Assembly (NCBI GenBank): GCA_965240325.2
Contig: OZ251222.1
Coordinates: 3,720,001-3,784,000 of the forward strand
DNA: 64,000 nt
Reading direction: 5' to 3'
Source: Rebecca billardiae RCC1528
Lineage: Eukaryota; Protista; Haptophyta
The translations under genes were made by a program, and so were the position numbers. The notes under the pieces are model-generated. The model ran no database searches and was not told where the DNA came from. It saw nothing but the letters and a program-made list of their open reading frames with translations. Numbering within the stretch: position 1 is the stretch's first letter; each line of letters opens with the position of its first letter. Positions 41,701-56,700 of this stretch are shown here, piece after piece.

Positions 41701-44700
41701 GCCACCCTCACCGCCGCCGTCACCGCCGCCCTCGCCACCGCCGTCACCTCCACCGAGCCCACCGCCGAGCCCGCCTCCGTCACCGCCGCCCTCACCGCCA
41801 CCGAGCCCGCCACCGTCGCCCCCGCCCAGCCCACCGCCCCCGAGCCCACCGCCGTCTCCACCGCCCAGCCCGCCGCCCAGCCCGCCGCCATCGCCACCAC
41901 CGAGTCCACCACCGTCGCCGCCACCCAGCCCGCCACCGAGCCCACCTCCGCCGAGCCCGCCGCCGTCGCCGCCGCCGTCGCCTCCGCCGAGCCCGCCTCC
42001 ATCGCCGCCGCCGTCACCACCGCCATCGCCGCCACCGTCGCCACCTCCAAGCCCACCGCCGCCCAGCCCGCCGCCTTCACCGCCGCCCTCACCACCCCCG
42101 AGCCCGCCGCCGTCACCGCCGCCCAGCCCGCCACCGAGCCCGCCTCCTAGCCCGCCGCCGTCCCCGCCGCCCTCGCCGCCACCGAGCCCGCCGCCGTCGC
42201 CGCCGCCGAGCCCGCCACCGCCGAGCCCGCCGCCGTCACCGCCTCCCAGCCCGCCACCAAGCCCGCCGCCATCACCGCCACCGAGCCCACCTCCTTCGCC
42301 GCCACCGAGTCCGCCACCGAGCCCGCCGCCGCCGTCGCCGCCGCCATCGCCACCGCCGTCTCCTCCCCCGAGCCCGCCCCCGTCGCCGCCGCCGTCACCA
42401 CCACCGAGCCCGCCACCCAGCCCGCCACCGTCGCCGCCGCCGTCGCCACCACCGTCGCCGCCGCCGTCACCACCGCCCAGTCCGCCGCCGCCAAGCCCAC
42501 CACCATCGCCGCCACCCTCACCGCCGCCGTCACCGCCACCCTCGCCACCGCCGTCACCTCCACCGAGCCCACCGCCGAGCCCGCCGCCGTCGCCGCCGCC
42601 GTCACCGCCACCGAGCCCGCCACCGTCGCCGCCGCCCAGCCCACCGCCACCAAGCCCACCGCCGTCTCCGCCACCCAGCCCGCCGCCGAGCCCGCCGCCT
42701 TTACCACCTCCGTCGCCGCCACCAAGCCCTCCGCCGTCGCCGCCGCCCTCACCGCCACCGAGCCCACCACCATCGCCGCCACCGAGCCCGCCTCCCAGCC
42801 CGCCGCCGCCGTCGCCGCCGCCGTCACCACCGCCGTCGCCTCCTCCGAGCCCTCCACCGAGCCCGCCGCCGTCTCCACCTCCGAGCCCGCCACCCAGCCC
42901 GCCACCGTCGCCGCCCCCGTCACCACCACCATCACCGCCGCCGTCACCACCGCCCAGCCCGCCGCCGCCAAGCCCACCTCCATCGCCACCACCCTCACCG
43001 CGGCCGTCACCGCCGCCCTCGCCACCGCCGTCACCTCCACCGAGCCCACCGCCGAGCCCGCCTCCGTCACCGCCGCCCTCACCGCCACCGAGCCCGCCAC
43101 CGTCGCCCCCGCCCAGCCCACCGCCCCCGAGCCCACCGCCGTCTCCGCCGCCCAGCCCGCCGCCCAGCCCGCCGCCATCGCCACCACCGAGTCCACCACC
43201 GTCGCCGCCGCCCAGCCCGCCACCGAGCCCACCTCCGCCGAGCCCGCCGCCGTCGCCGCCACCGTCTCCTCCGCCGAGCCCGCCTCCATCGCCGCCGCCG
43301 TCACCACCACCATCGCCGCCACCGTCGCCACCTCCAAGCCCACCGCCGCCCAGCCCGCCGCCTTCACCGCCGCCCTCACCACCCCCGAGCCCGCCGCCGT
43401 CACCGCCGCCCAGCCCGCCACCGAGCCCGCCTCCTAGCCCGCCGCCGTCCCCGCCGCCCTCGCCGCCACCGAGCCCGCCGCCGTCGCCGCCGCCGAGCCC
43501 GCCACCGCCGAGCCCGCCGCCATCACCGCCTCCCAGCCCGCCACCAAGCCCGCCGCCATCACCGCCACCGAGCCCACCTCCTTCGCCGCCACCGAGTCCG
43601 CCACCCAGCCCGCCGCCGCCGTCGCCGCCGCCGTCACCACCGCCGTCGCCTCCTCCAAGCCCTCCACCGAGCCCGCCGCCGTCTCCACCTCCGAGCCCGC
43701 CACCCAGCCCGCCACCGTCGCCGCCGCCGTCGCCACCACCATCACCGCCGCCGTCACCACCGCCCAGCCCGCCGCCGCCAAGCCCACCTCCATCGCCGCC
43801 ACCCTCACCACCGCCGTCACCGCCACCATCGCCACCGCCATCACCTCCACCGAGCCCACCGCCGAGCCAGCCGCCGTCGCCACCGCCGTCACCGCCGCCG
43901 AGCCCGCCGCCGTCGCCGCCGCCCAGCCCACCGCCACCGAGCCCACCGCCGTCTCCGCCGCCCAGCCCGCCGCCGAGCCCACCGCCGTCACCGCCACCGT
44001 CGCCGCCGCCCAGCCCGCCGCCAAGCCCGCCGCCATCACCGCCACCGAGCCCACCTCCCTCGCCGCCACCGAGTCCGCCGCCGAGCCCGCCGCCGCCATC
44101 GCCACCGCCATCGCCACCGCCGTCGCCTCCACCGAGCCCGCCTCCGTCACCGCCGCCGTCTCCACCACCGAGCCCGCCACCCAGCCCGCCACCGTCGCCG
44201 CCGCCTTCGCCGCCACCGTCTCCGCCGCCGTCACCACCGCCCAGCCCGCCGCCACCGAGCCCGCCACCGTCGCCGCCACCGTCGCCCCCGCCGTCGCCGC
44301 CACCATCGCCTCCGCCATCACCTCCACCGAGCCCACCGCCGAGCCCGCCGCCCTCGCCGCCGCCGTCACCGCCACCGAGCCCGCCACCGTCGCCGCCGCC
44401 AAGCCCACCTCCACCAAGCCCACCGCCGTCTCCGCCACCCAGCCCGCCGCCGAGCCCGCCGCCTTCACCACCTCCGTCACCGCCACCAAGCCCTCCGCCG
44501 TCGCCGCCGCCCTCACCGCCACCGAGCCCACCACCATCGCCGCCACCGAGTCCGCCACCCAGCCCGCCGCCGCCGTCGCCGCCGCCGTCACCACCGCCGT
44601 CGCCTCCTCCGAGCCCTCCACCGAGCCCGCCGCCGTCTCCACCTCCGAGCCCGCCACCCAGCCCGCCACCGTCGCCGCCCCCGTCACCACCACCATCACC

Positions 44701-47700
44701 GCCGCCGTCGCCACCGCCCAGCCCGCCGCCGCCAAGCCCACCACCATCGCCGCCACCCTCACCGCCGCCGTCACCGCCACCATCGCCACCGCCATCCCCT
44801 CCACCGAGCCCACCGCCGAGCCCGCCTCCGTCACCGCCGCCATCACCGCCACCGAGCCCGCCACCGTCGCCCCCGCCCAGCCCACCGCCACCGAGCCCAC
44901 CGCCGTCTCCGCCGCCCAGCCCGCCGCCCAGCCCGCCGCCAACGCCACCACCGAGTCCACCACCGTCGCCGCCACCCAGCCCGCCACCGAGCCCACCTCC
45001 GCCGAGCCCGCCGCCGTCGCCGCCGCCGTCGCCTCCGCCGAGCCCGCCTCCATCGCCGCCACCGTCACCACCACCATCACCGCCGCCGTCACCACCTCCA
45101 AGCCCGCCGCCGCCAAGCCCACCTCCATCGCCGCCACCCTCACCGCCGCCGTCACCGCCACCATCGCCACCGCCATCACCTCCACCGAGCCCACCGCCGA
45201 GCCCGCCGCCGTCGCCACCGCCGTCACCGCCACCGAGCCCGCCGCCGTCGCCGCCGCCCAGCCCACCGCCACCGAGCCCACCGCCGTCTCCGCCGCCCAG
45301 CCCGCCGCCGAGCCCACCGCCGTCACCGCCACCGTCACCGCCGCCCAGCCCGCCGCCAAGCCCGCCGCCATCACCGCCACCGAGTCCACCTCCCTCGCCG
45401 CCACCGAGTCCGCCACCCAGCCCGCCGCCGCCATCGCCGCCGCCATCGCCACCGCCGTCGCCTCCCCCGAGCCCGCCCCCGTCGCCGCCGCCGTCTCCAC
45501 CTCCGATCCCGCCACCCAGCCCGCCACCGTCGCCGCCGCCGTCGCCACCACCGTCGCCGCCGCCGTCACCACCGCCCAGCCCGCCGCCGCCAAGCCCACC
45601 TCCATCGCCGCCACCCTCACCGCCGCCGTCACCGCCACCATCGCCACCGCCATCACCTCCACCGAGCCCACCGCCGAGCCCGCCGCCGTCGCCGCCGCCG
45701 TCACCGCCACCGAGCCCGCCGCCGTCGCCGCCGCCAAGCCCACCGCCTCCGAGCCCACCGCCGTCTCCACCGCCCAGCCCACCGCCGAGCCCACCGCCGT
45801 CACCGCCACCGTCGCCGCCGCCCAGCCCGCCACCAAGCCCGCCGCCATCACCGCCACCGAGCCCACCTCCCTCGCCGCCACCGAGTCCGCCACCCAGCCC
45901 GCCCCCGCCGTCGCCACCGCCATCGCCACCGCCGTCGCCTCCTCCGAGCCCTCCTCCGTCACCGCCGCCATCGCCACCTCCGAGCCCGCCACCCAGCCCG
46001 CCACCGTCGCCGCCCCCGTCACCACCACCATCACCGCCGCCGTCACCACCACCCAGCCCGCCGCCGCCAAGCCCACCACCATCGCCGCCACCCTCACCGC
46101 CGCCGTCACCGCCACCATCGCCACCGCCATCACCTCCACCGAGCCCACCGCCGAGCCCGCCGCCGTCGCCGCCGCCCTCGCCGCCACCGAGCCCGCCGCC
46201 GTCGCCGCCGCCCAGCCCACCGCCACCGAGCCCACCGCCGTCTCCACCGCCCAGCCCGCCGCCGAGCCCACCGCCGTCACCGCCACCGTCACCGCCGCCC
46301 AGCCCGCCACCAAGCCCGCCGCCATCACCGCCACCGAGCCCACCTCCCTTGCCGCCACCGAGTCCGCCACCCAGCCCGCCCCCGCCTTCGCCACCGCCAT
46401 CGCCACCGCCGTCGCCTCCACCGAGCCCGCCTCCGTCACCGCCGCCGTCTCCACCACCGAGCCCGCCACCCAGCCCGCCACCGTCGCCGCCCCCGTCACC
46501 ACCACCGTCGCCGCCGCCGTCACCACCGCCCAGCCCGCCGCCGCCAAGCCCACCACCATCGCCGCCACCCTCACCGCCGCCGTCACCGCCACCATCGCCA
46601 CCGCCATCACCTCCACCGAGCCCACCGCCGAGCCCGCCGCCGTCGCCGCCGCCCTCGCCGCCACCGAGCCCGCCGCCGTCGCCGCCACCCAGCCCACCGC
46701 CTCCGAGCCCACCGCCGTCTCCGCCGCCCAGCCCGCCGCCGAGCCCACCGCCGTCACCGCCACCGTCACCGCCGCCCAGCCCGCCGCCAAGCCCGCCGCC
46801 ATCACCGCCACCGAGCCCACCTCCCTCGCCGCCACCGAGTCCGCCACCCAGCCCGCCCCCGCCTTCGCCACCGCCATCGCCACCGCCGTCGCCTCCACCG
46901 AGCCCGCCTCCGTCACCGCCGCCGTCTCCACCACCGAGCCCGCCACCCAGCCCGCCACCGTCGCCGCCCCCGTCACCACCACCGTCGCCGCCGCCGTCAC
47001 CACCGCCCAGCCCGCCGCCGCCAAGCCCACCTCCATCGCCGCCACCCTCACCGCCGCCGTCACCGCCACCATCGCCACCGCCATCACCTCCACCGAGCCC
47101 ACCGCCGAGCCCGCCGCCGTCGCCACCGCCGTCACCGCCACCGAGCCTGCCGCCGTCGCCGCCGCCCAGCCCACCGCCACCGAGCCCACCGCCGTCTCCG
47201 CCGCCCAGCCCGCCGCCGAGCCCACCGCCGTCACCGCCACCGTCACCGCCGCCCAGCCCGCCACCAAGCCCGCCGCCATCACCGCCACCAAGCCCACCTC
47301 CCTCGCCGCCACCGAGTCCGCCACCCAGCCCGCCCCCGCCGTCGCCACCGCCATCGCCACCGCCGTCGCCTCCTCCGAGCCCGCCTCCGTCACCGCCGCC
47401 GTCTCCACCACCGAGCCCGCCACCCAGCCCGCCACCGTCGCCGCCCCCGTCACCACCACCATCACCGCCGCCGTCACCACCGCCCAGCCCGCCGCCGCCA
47501 AGCCCACCTCCATCGCCGCCACCCTCACCGCCGCCGTCACCGCCACCATCGCCACCGCCATCACCTCCACCGAGCCCACCGCCGAGCCCGCCGCCGTCGC
47601 CACCGCCGTCACCGCCACCGAGCCCGCCGCCGTCGCCGCCACCCAGCCCACCGCCACCGAGCCCACCGCCGTCTCCACCGCCCAGCCCGCCTCCGAGCCC

Positions 47701-50700
47701 ACCGCCGTCACCGCCACCGTCACCGCCGCCCAGCCCGCCACCAAGCCCGCCGCCATCACCGCCACCGAGCCCACCTCCCTCGCCGCCACCGAGTCCGCCA
47801 CCCAGCCCGCCCCCGCCTTCGCCACCGCCATCGCCACCGCCGTCGCCTCCACCGAGCCCGCCTCCGTCACCGCCGCCGTCTCCACCACCGAGCCCGCCAC
47901 CCAGCCCGCCACCGTCACCGCCCCCGTCACCACCACCGTCGCCGCCGCCGTCACCACCGCCCAGCCCGCCGCCGCCAAGCCCACCACCATCGCCGCCACC
48001 CTCACCGCCGCCGTCACCGCCACCATCGCCACCGCCATCACCTCCACCGAGCCCACCGCCGAGCCCGCCGCCGTCGCCGCAGCCCTCGCCGCCACCGAGC
48101 CCGCCGCCGTCGCCGCCACCCAGCCCACCGCCTCCGAGCCCACCGCCGTCTCCGCCGCCCAGCCCGCCGCCGAGCCCACCGCCGTCACCGCCACCGTCAC
48201 CGCCGCCCAGCCCGCCGCCAAGCCCGCCGCCATCACCGCCACCAAGCCCACCTCCCTCGCCGCCACCGAGTCCGCCACCCAGCCCGCCCCCGCCGTCGCC
48301 GCCGCCATCGCCACCGCCGTCGCCTCCTCCGAGCCCGCCTCCGTCACCGCCGCCTTCGCCACCTCCGAGCCCGCCACCCAGCCCGCCACCGTCGCCGCCC
48401 CCGTCACCACCACCATCACCGCCGCCGTCACCACCTCCAAGCCCGCCGCCGCCAAGCCCACCTCCATCGCCGCCACCCTCACCGCCGCCGTCACCGCCAC
48501 CATCGCCACCGCCATCACCTCCACCGAGCCCACCGCCGAGCCCGCCGCCGTCGCCACCGCCGTCTCCGCCACCGAGCCCACCACCGTCGCCGCCACCCAG
48601 CCCACCGCCACCGAGCCCACCGCCGTCTCCACCGCCCAGCCCGCCGCCGAGCCCACCGCCGTCACCGCCACCGTCACCGCCGCCCAGCCCGCCACCAAGC
48701 CCGCCGCCATCACCGCCACCGAGCCCACCTCCCTTGCCGCCACCGAGTCCGCCACCCAGCCCGCCCCCGCCTTCGCCACCGCCATCGCCACCGCCGTCGC
48801 CTCCACCGAGCCCGCCTCCGTCACCGCCGCCGTCTCCACCACCGAGCCCGCCACCCAGCCCCCCACCGTCGCCGCCCCCGTCACCACCACCGTCGCCGCC
48901 GCCGTCACCACCACCCAGCCCGCCGCCGCCAAGCCCACCACCATCGCCGCCACCCTCACCGCCGCCGTCACCGCCACCATCGCCACCGCCATCACCTCCA
49001 CCGAGCCCACCGCCGAGCCCGCCGCCGTCGCCGCCGCCCTCGCCGCCACCGAGCCCGCCGCCGTCGCCGCCACCCAGCCCACCGCCACCGAGCCCACCGC
49101 CGTCTCCGCCGCCCAGCCCGCCGCCGAGCCCACCGCCGTCACCGCCACCGTCACCGCCGCCCAGCCCGCCACCAAGCCCGCCGCCATCACCGCCACCGAG
49201 CCCACCTCCCTTGCCGCCACCGAGTCCGCCACCCAGCCCGCCCCCGCCTTCGCCACCGCCATCGCCACCGCCGTCGCCTCCACCGAGCCCGCCTCCGTCA
49301 CCGCCGCCGTCTCCACCACCGAGCCCGCCACCCAGCCCGCCACCGTCGCCGCCCCCGTCACCACCACCATCACCGCCGCCGTCACCACCACCCAGCCCGC
49401 CGCCGCCAAGCCCACCACCATCGCCGCCACCCTCACCGCCGCCGTCACCGCCACCATCGCCACCGCCGTCGCCTCCACCGAGCCCACCGCCGAGCCCGCC
49501 GCCGTCGCCGCCGCCGTCTCCGCCACCGAGCCCGCCGCCGTCGCCGCCGCCCAGCCCACCGCCACCGAGCCCACCGCCGTCTCCGCCGCCCAGCCCGCCG
49601 CCAAGCCCACCGCCGTCACCGCCACCGTCACCGCCGCCCAGCCCGCCACCAAGCCCGCCGCCATCACCGCCACCAAGCCCACCTCCCTCGCCGCCACCGA
49701 GTCCGCCACCCAGCCCGCCGCCGCCGTCGCCACCGCCATCGCCACCGCCGTCGCCTCCTCCGAGCCCGCCTCCGTCACCGCCGCCATCGCCACCTCCGAG
49801 CCCGCCACCCAGCCCGCCACCGTCGCCGCCCCCGTCACCACCACCATCACCGCCGCCGTCACCACCACCCAGCCCGCCGCCGCCAAGCCCACCACCATCG
49901 CCGCCACCCTCACCGCCGCCGTCACCGCCACCATCGCCACCGCCGTCGCCTCCACCGAGCCCACCGCCGAGCCCGCCGCCGTCGCCGCCGCCGTCTCCGC
50001 CACCGAGCCCGCCGCCGTCGCCGCCGCCCAGCCCACCGCCACCGAGCCCACCGCCGTCTCCGCCGCCCAGCCCGCCGCCAAGCCCACCGCCGTCACCGCC
50101 ACCGTCACCGCCGCCCAGCCCGCCACCAAGCCCGCCGCCATCACCGCCACCAAGCCCACCTCCCTCGCCGCCACCGAGTCCGCCACCCAGCCCGCCCCCG
50201 CCGTCGCCACCGCCATCGCCACCGCCGTCGCCTCCTCCGAGCCCGCCTCCGTCACCGCCGCCATCGCCACCTCCGAGCCCGCCACCCAGCCCGCCACCGT
50301 CGCCGCCCCCGTCACCACCACCATCACCGCCGCCGTCACCACCACCCAGCCCGCCGCCGCCAAGCCCACCACCATCGCCGCCACCCTCACCGCCGCCGTC
50401 ACCGCCACCATCGCCACCGCCGTCGCCTCCACCGAGCCCACCGCCGAGCCCGCCGCCGTCGCCGCCGCCGTCTCCGCCACCGAGCCCGCCGCCGTCGCCG
50501 CCGCCCAGCCCACCGCCACCGAGCCCACCGCCGTCTCCGCCGCCCAGCCCGCCGCCGAGCCCACCGCCGTCACCGCCACCGTCACCGCCGCCCAGCCCGC
50601 CACCAAGCCCGCCGCCATCACCGCCACCAAGCCCACCTCCCTCGCCGCCACCGAGTCCGCCACCCAGCCCGCCGCCGCCGTCGCCACCGCCATCGCCACC

Positions 50701-53700
50701 GCCGTCGCCTCCTCCGAGCCCGCCTCCGTCACCGCCGCCATCGCCACCTCCGAGCCCGCCACCCAGCCCGCCACCGTCGCCGCCCCCGTCACCACCACCA
50801 TCACCGCCGCCGTCACCACCACCCAGCCCGCCGCCGCCAAGTCCACCACCATCGCCGCCACCCTCACCGCCGCCGTCACAGCCACCATCGCCACCGCCAT
50901 CACCTCCACCGAGCCCACCGCCGAGCCCGCCGCCGTCGCCGCCGCCCTCGCCGCCACCGAGCCCGCCGCCGTCGCCGCCGCCCAGCCCACCGCCACCGAG
51001 CCCACCGCCGTCACCGCCGCCCAGCCCGCCGCCGAGCCCACCGCCGTCGCCGCCACCGTCACCGCCGCCCAGCCCGCCACCAAGCCCGCCGCCATCACCG
51101 CCACCGAGCCCACCTCCCTCGCCGCCACCGAGCCCGCCACCGAGCCCGCCACCGCCGTCGCCACCGCCATCGCCACCGCCGTCTCCTCCCCCGAGCCCGC
51201 CCCCCTCGCCGCCCCCGTCACCGCCACCGTCGCCGCCACCCAGCTCGCCACCGTCGCCTCCGCCGTCGCCGCCACCATCGCCGCCGCCGTCACCACCACC
51301 CAGCCCGCCGCCACCGAGCCCGCCACCGTCGCCGCCACCCTCACCTCCGCCATCGCCGCCGCCCTCGCCACCACCGTCACCGCCACCGAGCCCGCCGCCG
51401 TCGCCGCCGCCAAGCCCACCGCCTTCTCCACCACCCAGCCCGCCGCCCAGCCCGCCGCCATCGCCACCACCGAGTCCACCACTGTCGCCGCCGCCCAGCC
51501 CGCCACCGAGCCCACCTCCGCCCAGCCCGCCGCCGTCGCCGCCGCCGTCGCCTCCGCCGAGCCCGCCCCCATCGCCGCCGCCGTCACCACCACCATCGCC
51601 GCCGCCGTCGCCGCCGCCAAGCTCACCGCCGTCTCCACCACCCAGCCCGCCGCCCAGCCCGCCGCCATCGCCACCACCGAGTCCACCACCGTCGCCGCCG
51701 CCCAGCCCGCCACCGAGCCCACCTCCGCCGAGCCCGCCGCCGTCACCGCCGCCCTCGCCGCCACCGAGCCCGCCGCCGTCGCCGCCGCCGAGCCCGCCAC
51801 CGCCAAGCCCGCCGCCGTCACCGCCGCCCAGCCCGCCGCCAAGCCCACCGCCGTCACCGCCACCGTCACCGCCACCCAGCCCGCCACCAAGCCCGCCGCC
51901 ATCACCGCCACCGAGCCCACCTCCCTCGCCGCCACCGAGTCCGCCACCGAGCCCGCCCCCGCCTTCGCCACCGCCATCGCCACCGCCGTCGCCTCCACCG
52001 AGCCCGCCTCCGTCACCGCCGCCATCGCCACCTCCGAGCCCGCCACCCAGCCCGCCACCGTCGCCGCCGCCGTCGCCACCACCCTTGCCGCCGCCGTCAC
52101 CACCGCCCAGCCCGCCCCCTCCACGCCCACCACCATCGCCGCCACCCTCACCGCCGCCGTCACCGCCACCATCGCCTCCGCCGTCACCACCTCCGTCACC
52201 ACCGCCGAGCCCGCCGCCGTCGCCGCCGCCCTCGCCACCACCGAGCCGGCCGCCGTCGCCGCCGCCCAGCCCACCGCCTCCGAGCCCACCGCCGTCGCCG
52301 CCGCCGAGTCCGCCGCCGAGTCCACCGCCGTCACCACCACCGTCACCGCCGCCCAGCCCGCCCCCATCTCCGCCACCGTCCCCGCCACCGAGCCCGCCAC
52401 CATCGCCGCCACCGAGCCCGCCACCGAGCCCACCTCCGCCGTCTCCACCTCCATTGCCACCGCCGTCTCCTCCTCCCAGCCCGCCTCCGTCACCGCCGCC
52501 GTCTCCACCTCCGTCGCCTCCTCCCAGCCCGCCACCATCGCCGCCACCATCGCCACCGCCGAGTCCCCCGCCTAGTCCACCGCCATCGCCGCCACCGTCG
52601 CCGCCACCGAGCCCGCCGCCATCGCCACCACCCAGCCCGCCACCGCCCAGCCCGCCACCCTCACCGCCGCCCAGCCCGCCGCCCAGCCCGCCGCCCTCGC
52701 CTCCACCGTCACCACCACCGAGCCCACCGCCGAGCCCGCCACCGTCACCGCCGCCGTCACCGCCACCCAGCCCGCCTCCATCGCCGCCTCCGAGCCCGCC
52801 ACCACCGAGCCCGCCTCCTTCGCCGCCGCCGAGCCCGCCACCGTCACCGCCGCCGTCACCGCCGCCGTCACCGCCACCGAGCCCGCCGCCGTCGCCGCCG
52901 CCAAGCCCACCGCCTCCGAGCCCACCGCCGTCTCCGCCGCCCAGCCCGCCGCCGAGCCCACCGCCGTCCCCGCCGCCGTCGCCGCCACCTTCGCCGCCGC
53001 CTTCGCCACCACCGAGCCCTCCGCCGCCGAGCCCGCCACCGTCACCGCCACCGTCACCGCCGCCTTCACCACCACCGAGCCCGCCGCCCAGCCCTCCGCC
53101 GTCACCACCGCCGAGCCCACCGCCATCGCCGCCGCCCTCGCCGCCACCCAGCCCGCCTCCATCACCGCCTCCGAGCCCGCCCCCACCAAGCCCGCCGCCG
53201 TCGCCGCCGCCGAGCCCGCCGCCCAGCCCGCCGCCTTCACCGCCGCCGGTGCCGCCACCAAGCCCGCCGCCCAGCCCGCCGCCGTCGCCGCCACCGAGCC
53301 CGCCGCCGTCGCCGCCACCGAGCCCACCGCCGAGCCCGCCGCCGCCATCTCCGCCGCCGTCCCCACCGCCGTCGCCTCCGCCGAGCTCGCCTCCATCGCC
53401 GCCTCCGTTGCCACCGCCCAGCCCGCCGCCCAGCCCGCCACCGTCGCCGCCCCCATCGCCACCACCCTCACCGCCGCCGTCACCGCCACCGAGTCCCCCA
53501 CCGCCGAGCCTGCCGCCCTCGCCGCCGCCGTCTCCGCCACCGAGCCCGCCGCCCACGCCGCCGCCCAGCCCGCCACCGTCACCGCCGCCGAGCCCGCCAC
53601 CGTCGCCGCCGCCCTCGCCGCCACCAAGCCCCCCGCCATCGCCGCCGCCGAGCCCGCCTCCACCGAGCCCGCCGCCGTCTCCGCCGCCGTCTCCGCCGCC

Positions 53701-56700
53701 AAGCCCACCGCCTTCCCCGCCACCGTTACCGCCACCCAGCCCGCCGCCCAGCCCACCGCCGTCACCCCCACCGAGCCCTCCGCCGTCGCCGCCACCGAGC
53801 CCGCCACCGAGCCCGCCTCCTCCGTCGCCGCCTCCATCGCCACCGCCGTCGCCTCCGCCGAGCCCACCACCGTCGCCGCCGCCGTCGCCGCCACCATCGC
53901 CGCCGCCGTCGCCACCACCGAGCCCGCCCCCTCCAAGCCCGCCGCCATCACCACCACCGTCACCACCGCCATCACCGCCGCCGTCGCCGCCGCCCAATCC
54001 GCCGCCGTCACCGCCTCCCAGCCCGCCGCCATCGCCTCCGCCATTACCACCGCCCAGCCCTCCGCCGTCGCCACCGCCGAGCCCGCCACCTCCAAGCCCG
54101 CCGCCGTCACCGCCGCCGAGTCCCCCGCCGTCACCGCCGCCGTCACCGCCACCGTCGCCACCACCCAGCCCGCCGCCCAGCCTACCGCCGTCACCCCCAC
54201 CGAGCCCGCCGCCGTCACCGCCACCGAGCCCGCCACCGAGCCCGCCTCCGCCATCGCCGCCGCCATCACCACCGCCGTCGCCGCCGCCGCTGCAGCCTCC
54301 GTCGCCGCCGCCGTCACCACCGCCGAGCCCACCGCCGAGCCCACTGCCTTCACCACCGCCATCGCCGCCACCGTCGTCGCCGCCTTCGCCACCACCAAGC
54401 CCACCTCCTCCGAACCCGCCGCCCTCACCGCCGCCCTCGCCGCCGCCTTCACCGCCGCCCTTGCCGCCGCCCAGCCCACCGCCCTCGCCACCGCCGACCC
54501 CGCCGCCGTCGCCACCGCCGTCTCCGCCACCCAGCCCGCCACCGTCACCGCCGCCGTCACCGCCACCGAGCCCGCCACCATCGCCGCCACCGAGCCCACC
54601 GCCGAGCCCGCCTCCGCCGTCGCCGCCGCCGTCACCACCACCGTCGCCTCCGCCGAGCCCGCCTCCGTCACCGCCGCCGTCACCACCGCCAAGCCCGCCG
54701 CCATCGCCACCACCAAGCCCGCCGCCTCCGAGCCCGCCGCCCTCGCCGCCGCCCTCGCCGCCGCCGAGCCCGCCGCCCTCACCGCCGCCGAGCCCGCCGC
54801 CCTCACCACCGCCGAACCCGCCGCCGTCGCCGCCCCCATCGCCGCCGCCGAGCCCACCGCCGTCGCCACCGCCTAGTCTGCCGCCGCCAAGCCCGCCGCC
54901 GTCACCGCCGCCAAGCCCACCGCCCAGCCCACCGCCACCGCCGCCACCGTCACCGCCACCCAGCCCGCCGCCAGGCCCGCCACCAAGCCCGCCGCCCAGC
55001 CCGCCACCGTCGCCACCGCCGAGCCCACCACCAAGCCCGCCGCCGCCGTCGCCTCCGCCATCGCCTCCGCCGTCGCCTCCGCCGAGCCCACCTCCGATGC
55101 TGCCGCCGTCACCACCGCCGAGCCCACCACCGAGCCCACCGCCTTCACCGCCGCCGTCGCCTCCACCGTCACCTCCGCCCTCACCACCGCCAAGCCCACC
55201 GCCCCCGAACCCGCCACCCAGCCCGCCGCCCTCGCCGCCGCCTTTACCGCCGCCCTCACCGCCACCCAGCCCGCCACCGGTGCCACCGCCGAGCCCGCCG
55301 CCGTCACCGCCGCCGTCGCCGCCACCCAGCCCGCCGCCAGGCCCGCCACCAAGCCCGCCGCCCAGCCCGCCACCGTCGCCACCACCGAGCCCGCCACCAC
55401 GCCCGCCGCCGCCGTCGCCGCCGCCGTCGCCACCGCCATCACCTCCGCCACGCCCACCTCCATCGCCACCGCCATCCCCACCGCCGACGCCGCCGCCGAC
55501 CCCATCCCCGTCGCCGCCACCGTCACCGCCACCGTCACCTCCGCCGTCGCCACCACCGAGCCTGCCACCTCCGAGGCCGCCGCCCAGCCCACCACCCTCA
55601 CCGCCGCTGAGCCCACCGCCCTCACCGCCGCCCAACCCGCCACCCTCACCACCGCCGAGACCGCCGCCATCGCCGCCGCCCTCACCGCCGCCGAGCCCGC
55701 CGCCGTCGCCGCCGCCGAGCCCGCCGCCACCGAGCCCACCGCCCAGCCCGCCACCCTCGCCGCTGCCTTCACAGCCACCTTCGCCGCCGCCCACACCCCC
55801 GCCCTCGCCGCCGCCGACTCCGCTGCCGTCGCCGCCGCCCACTCCGCCACCCTCACCGCCGCCGTCACCTCCTCCGTCACCGCCACCGAGCCCGCCACCA
55901 AGCCCACCGCCGAGCCCGCCACCGTCGCCGCCACCCAGCCCGCCACCCGGCCCACCGCCCTTCCCGCCACCGAGCCCGCCACCCTCGCCACCACCGAGTC
56001 CGCCACCGCGCCCGCCGCCCCCGTTGTCGGCGCCGTCGCCACCGCCGTCACCTCCGCCAAGCCCGCCCCCGTCACCACCGCCATCACCACCGCCGATCCC
56101 ATCACCCAGCCCGCCGCCATCGCCGCCTCCAACGCCGCCCCCGTCACCACCGCCATCACCACCGCCGATCCCATCACCCAGCCCGCCCCCATCGCCGCCT
56201 CCAACGCCGCCGCCGTCACCACCGCCATCACCACCGCCGATCCCATCACCCAGCCCGCCGCCATCGCCGCCTCCAACGCCGCCGCCGTCGCCGCCGCCAT
56301 CGCCGCCGCCGAGCCCGCCGCCTCCAAGCCCACCACCCAGCCCGCCACCAGTGCCGCCGCCCTCCGCGCCGCCCTCACCGCCACCCTCGCCGCCGCCGGT
56401 GCCACCGCCGAGCCCGCCTCCTCTTCCGCCGCCGTCGCCGCCACCGAGCTCGCCACCCTCGCCACCGCCGAGCCCTCCACCCAGCCCGCCGCCGTCGCCG
56501 CTGCCAAGCCTGCCGCCGAGCCCACCGCCGAGCCCGCCACCGTCGCCGCCACCCAGCCCGCCTCCCAGCCCGCCGCCGCCACCGCCGCGCTCAGCGCCGC
56601 CGAGCCCGCCGCCCTTGCCGCCGCCGAGCCCGCCACCGCCGAGCCCGCCGCCGTCACCGCCGCCGCGCGCGCCGCCGAGCCCACCGCCTTCACCGCCGCC

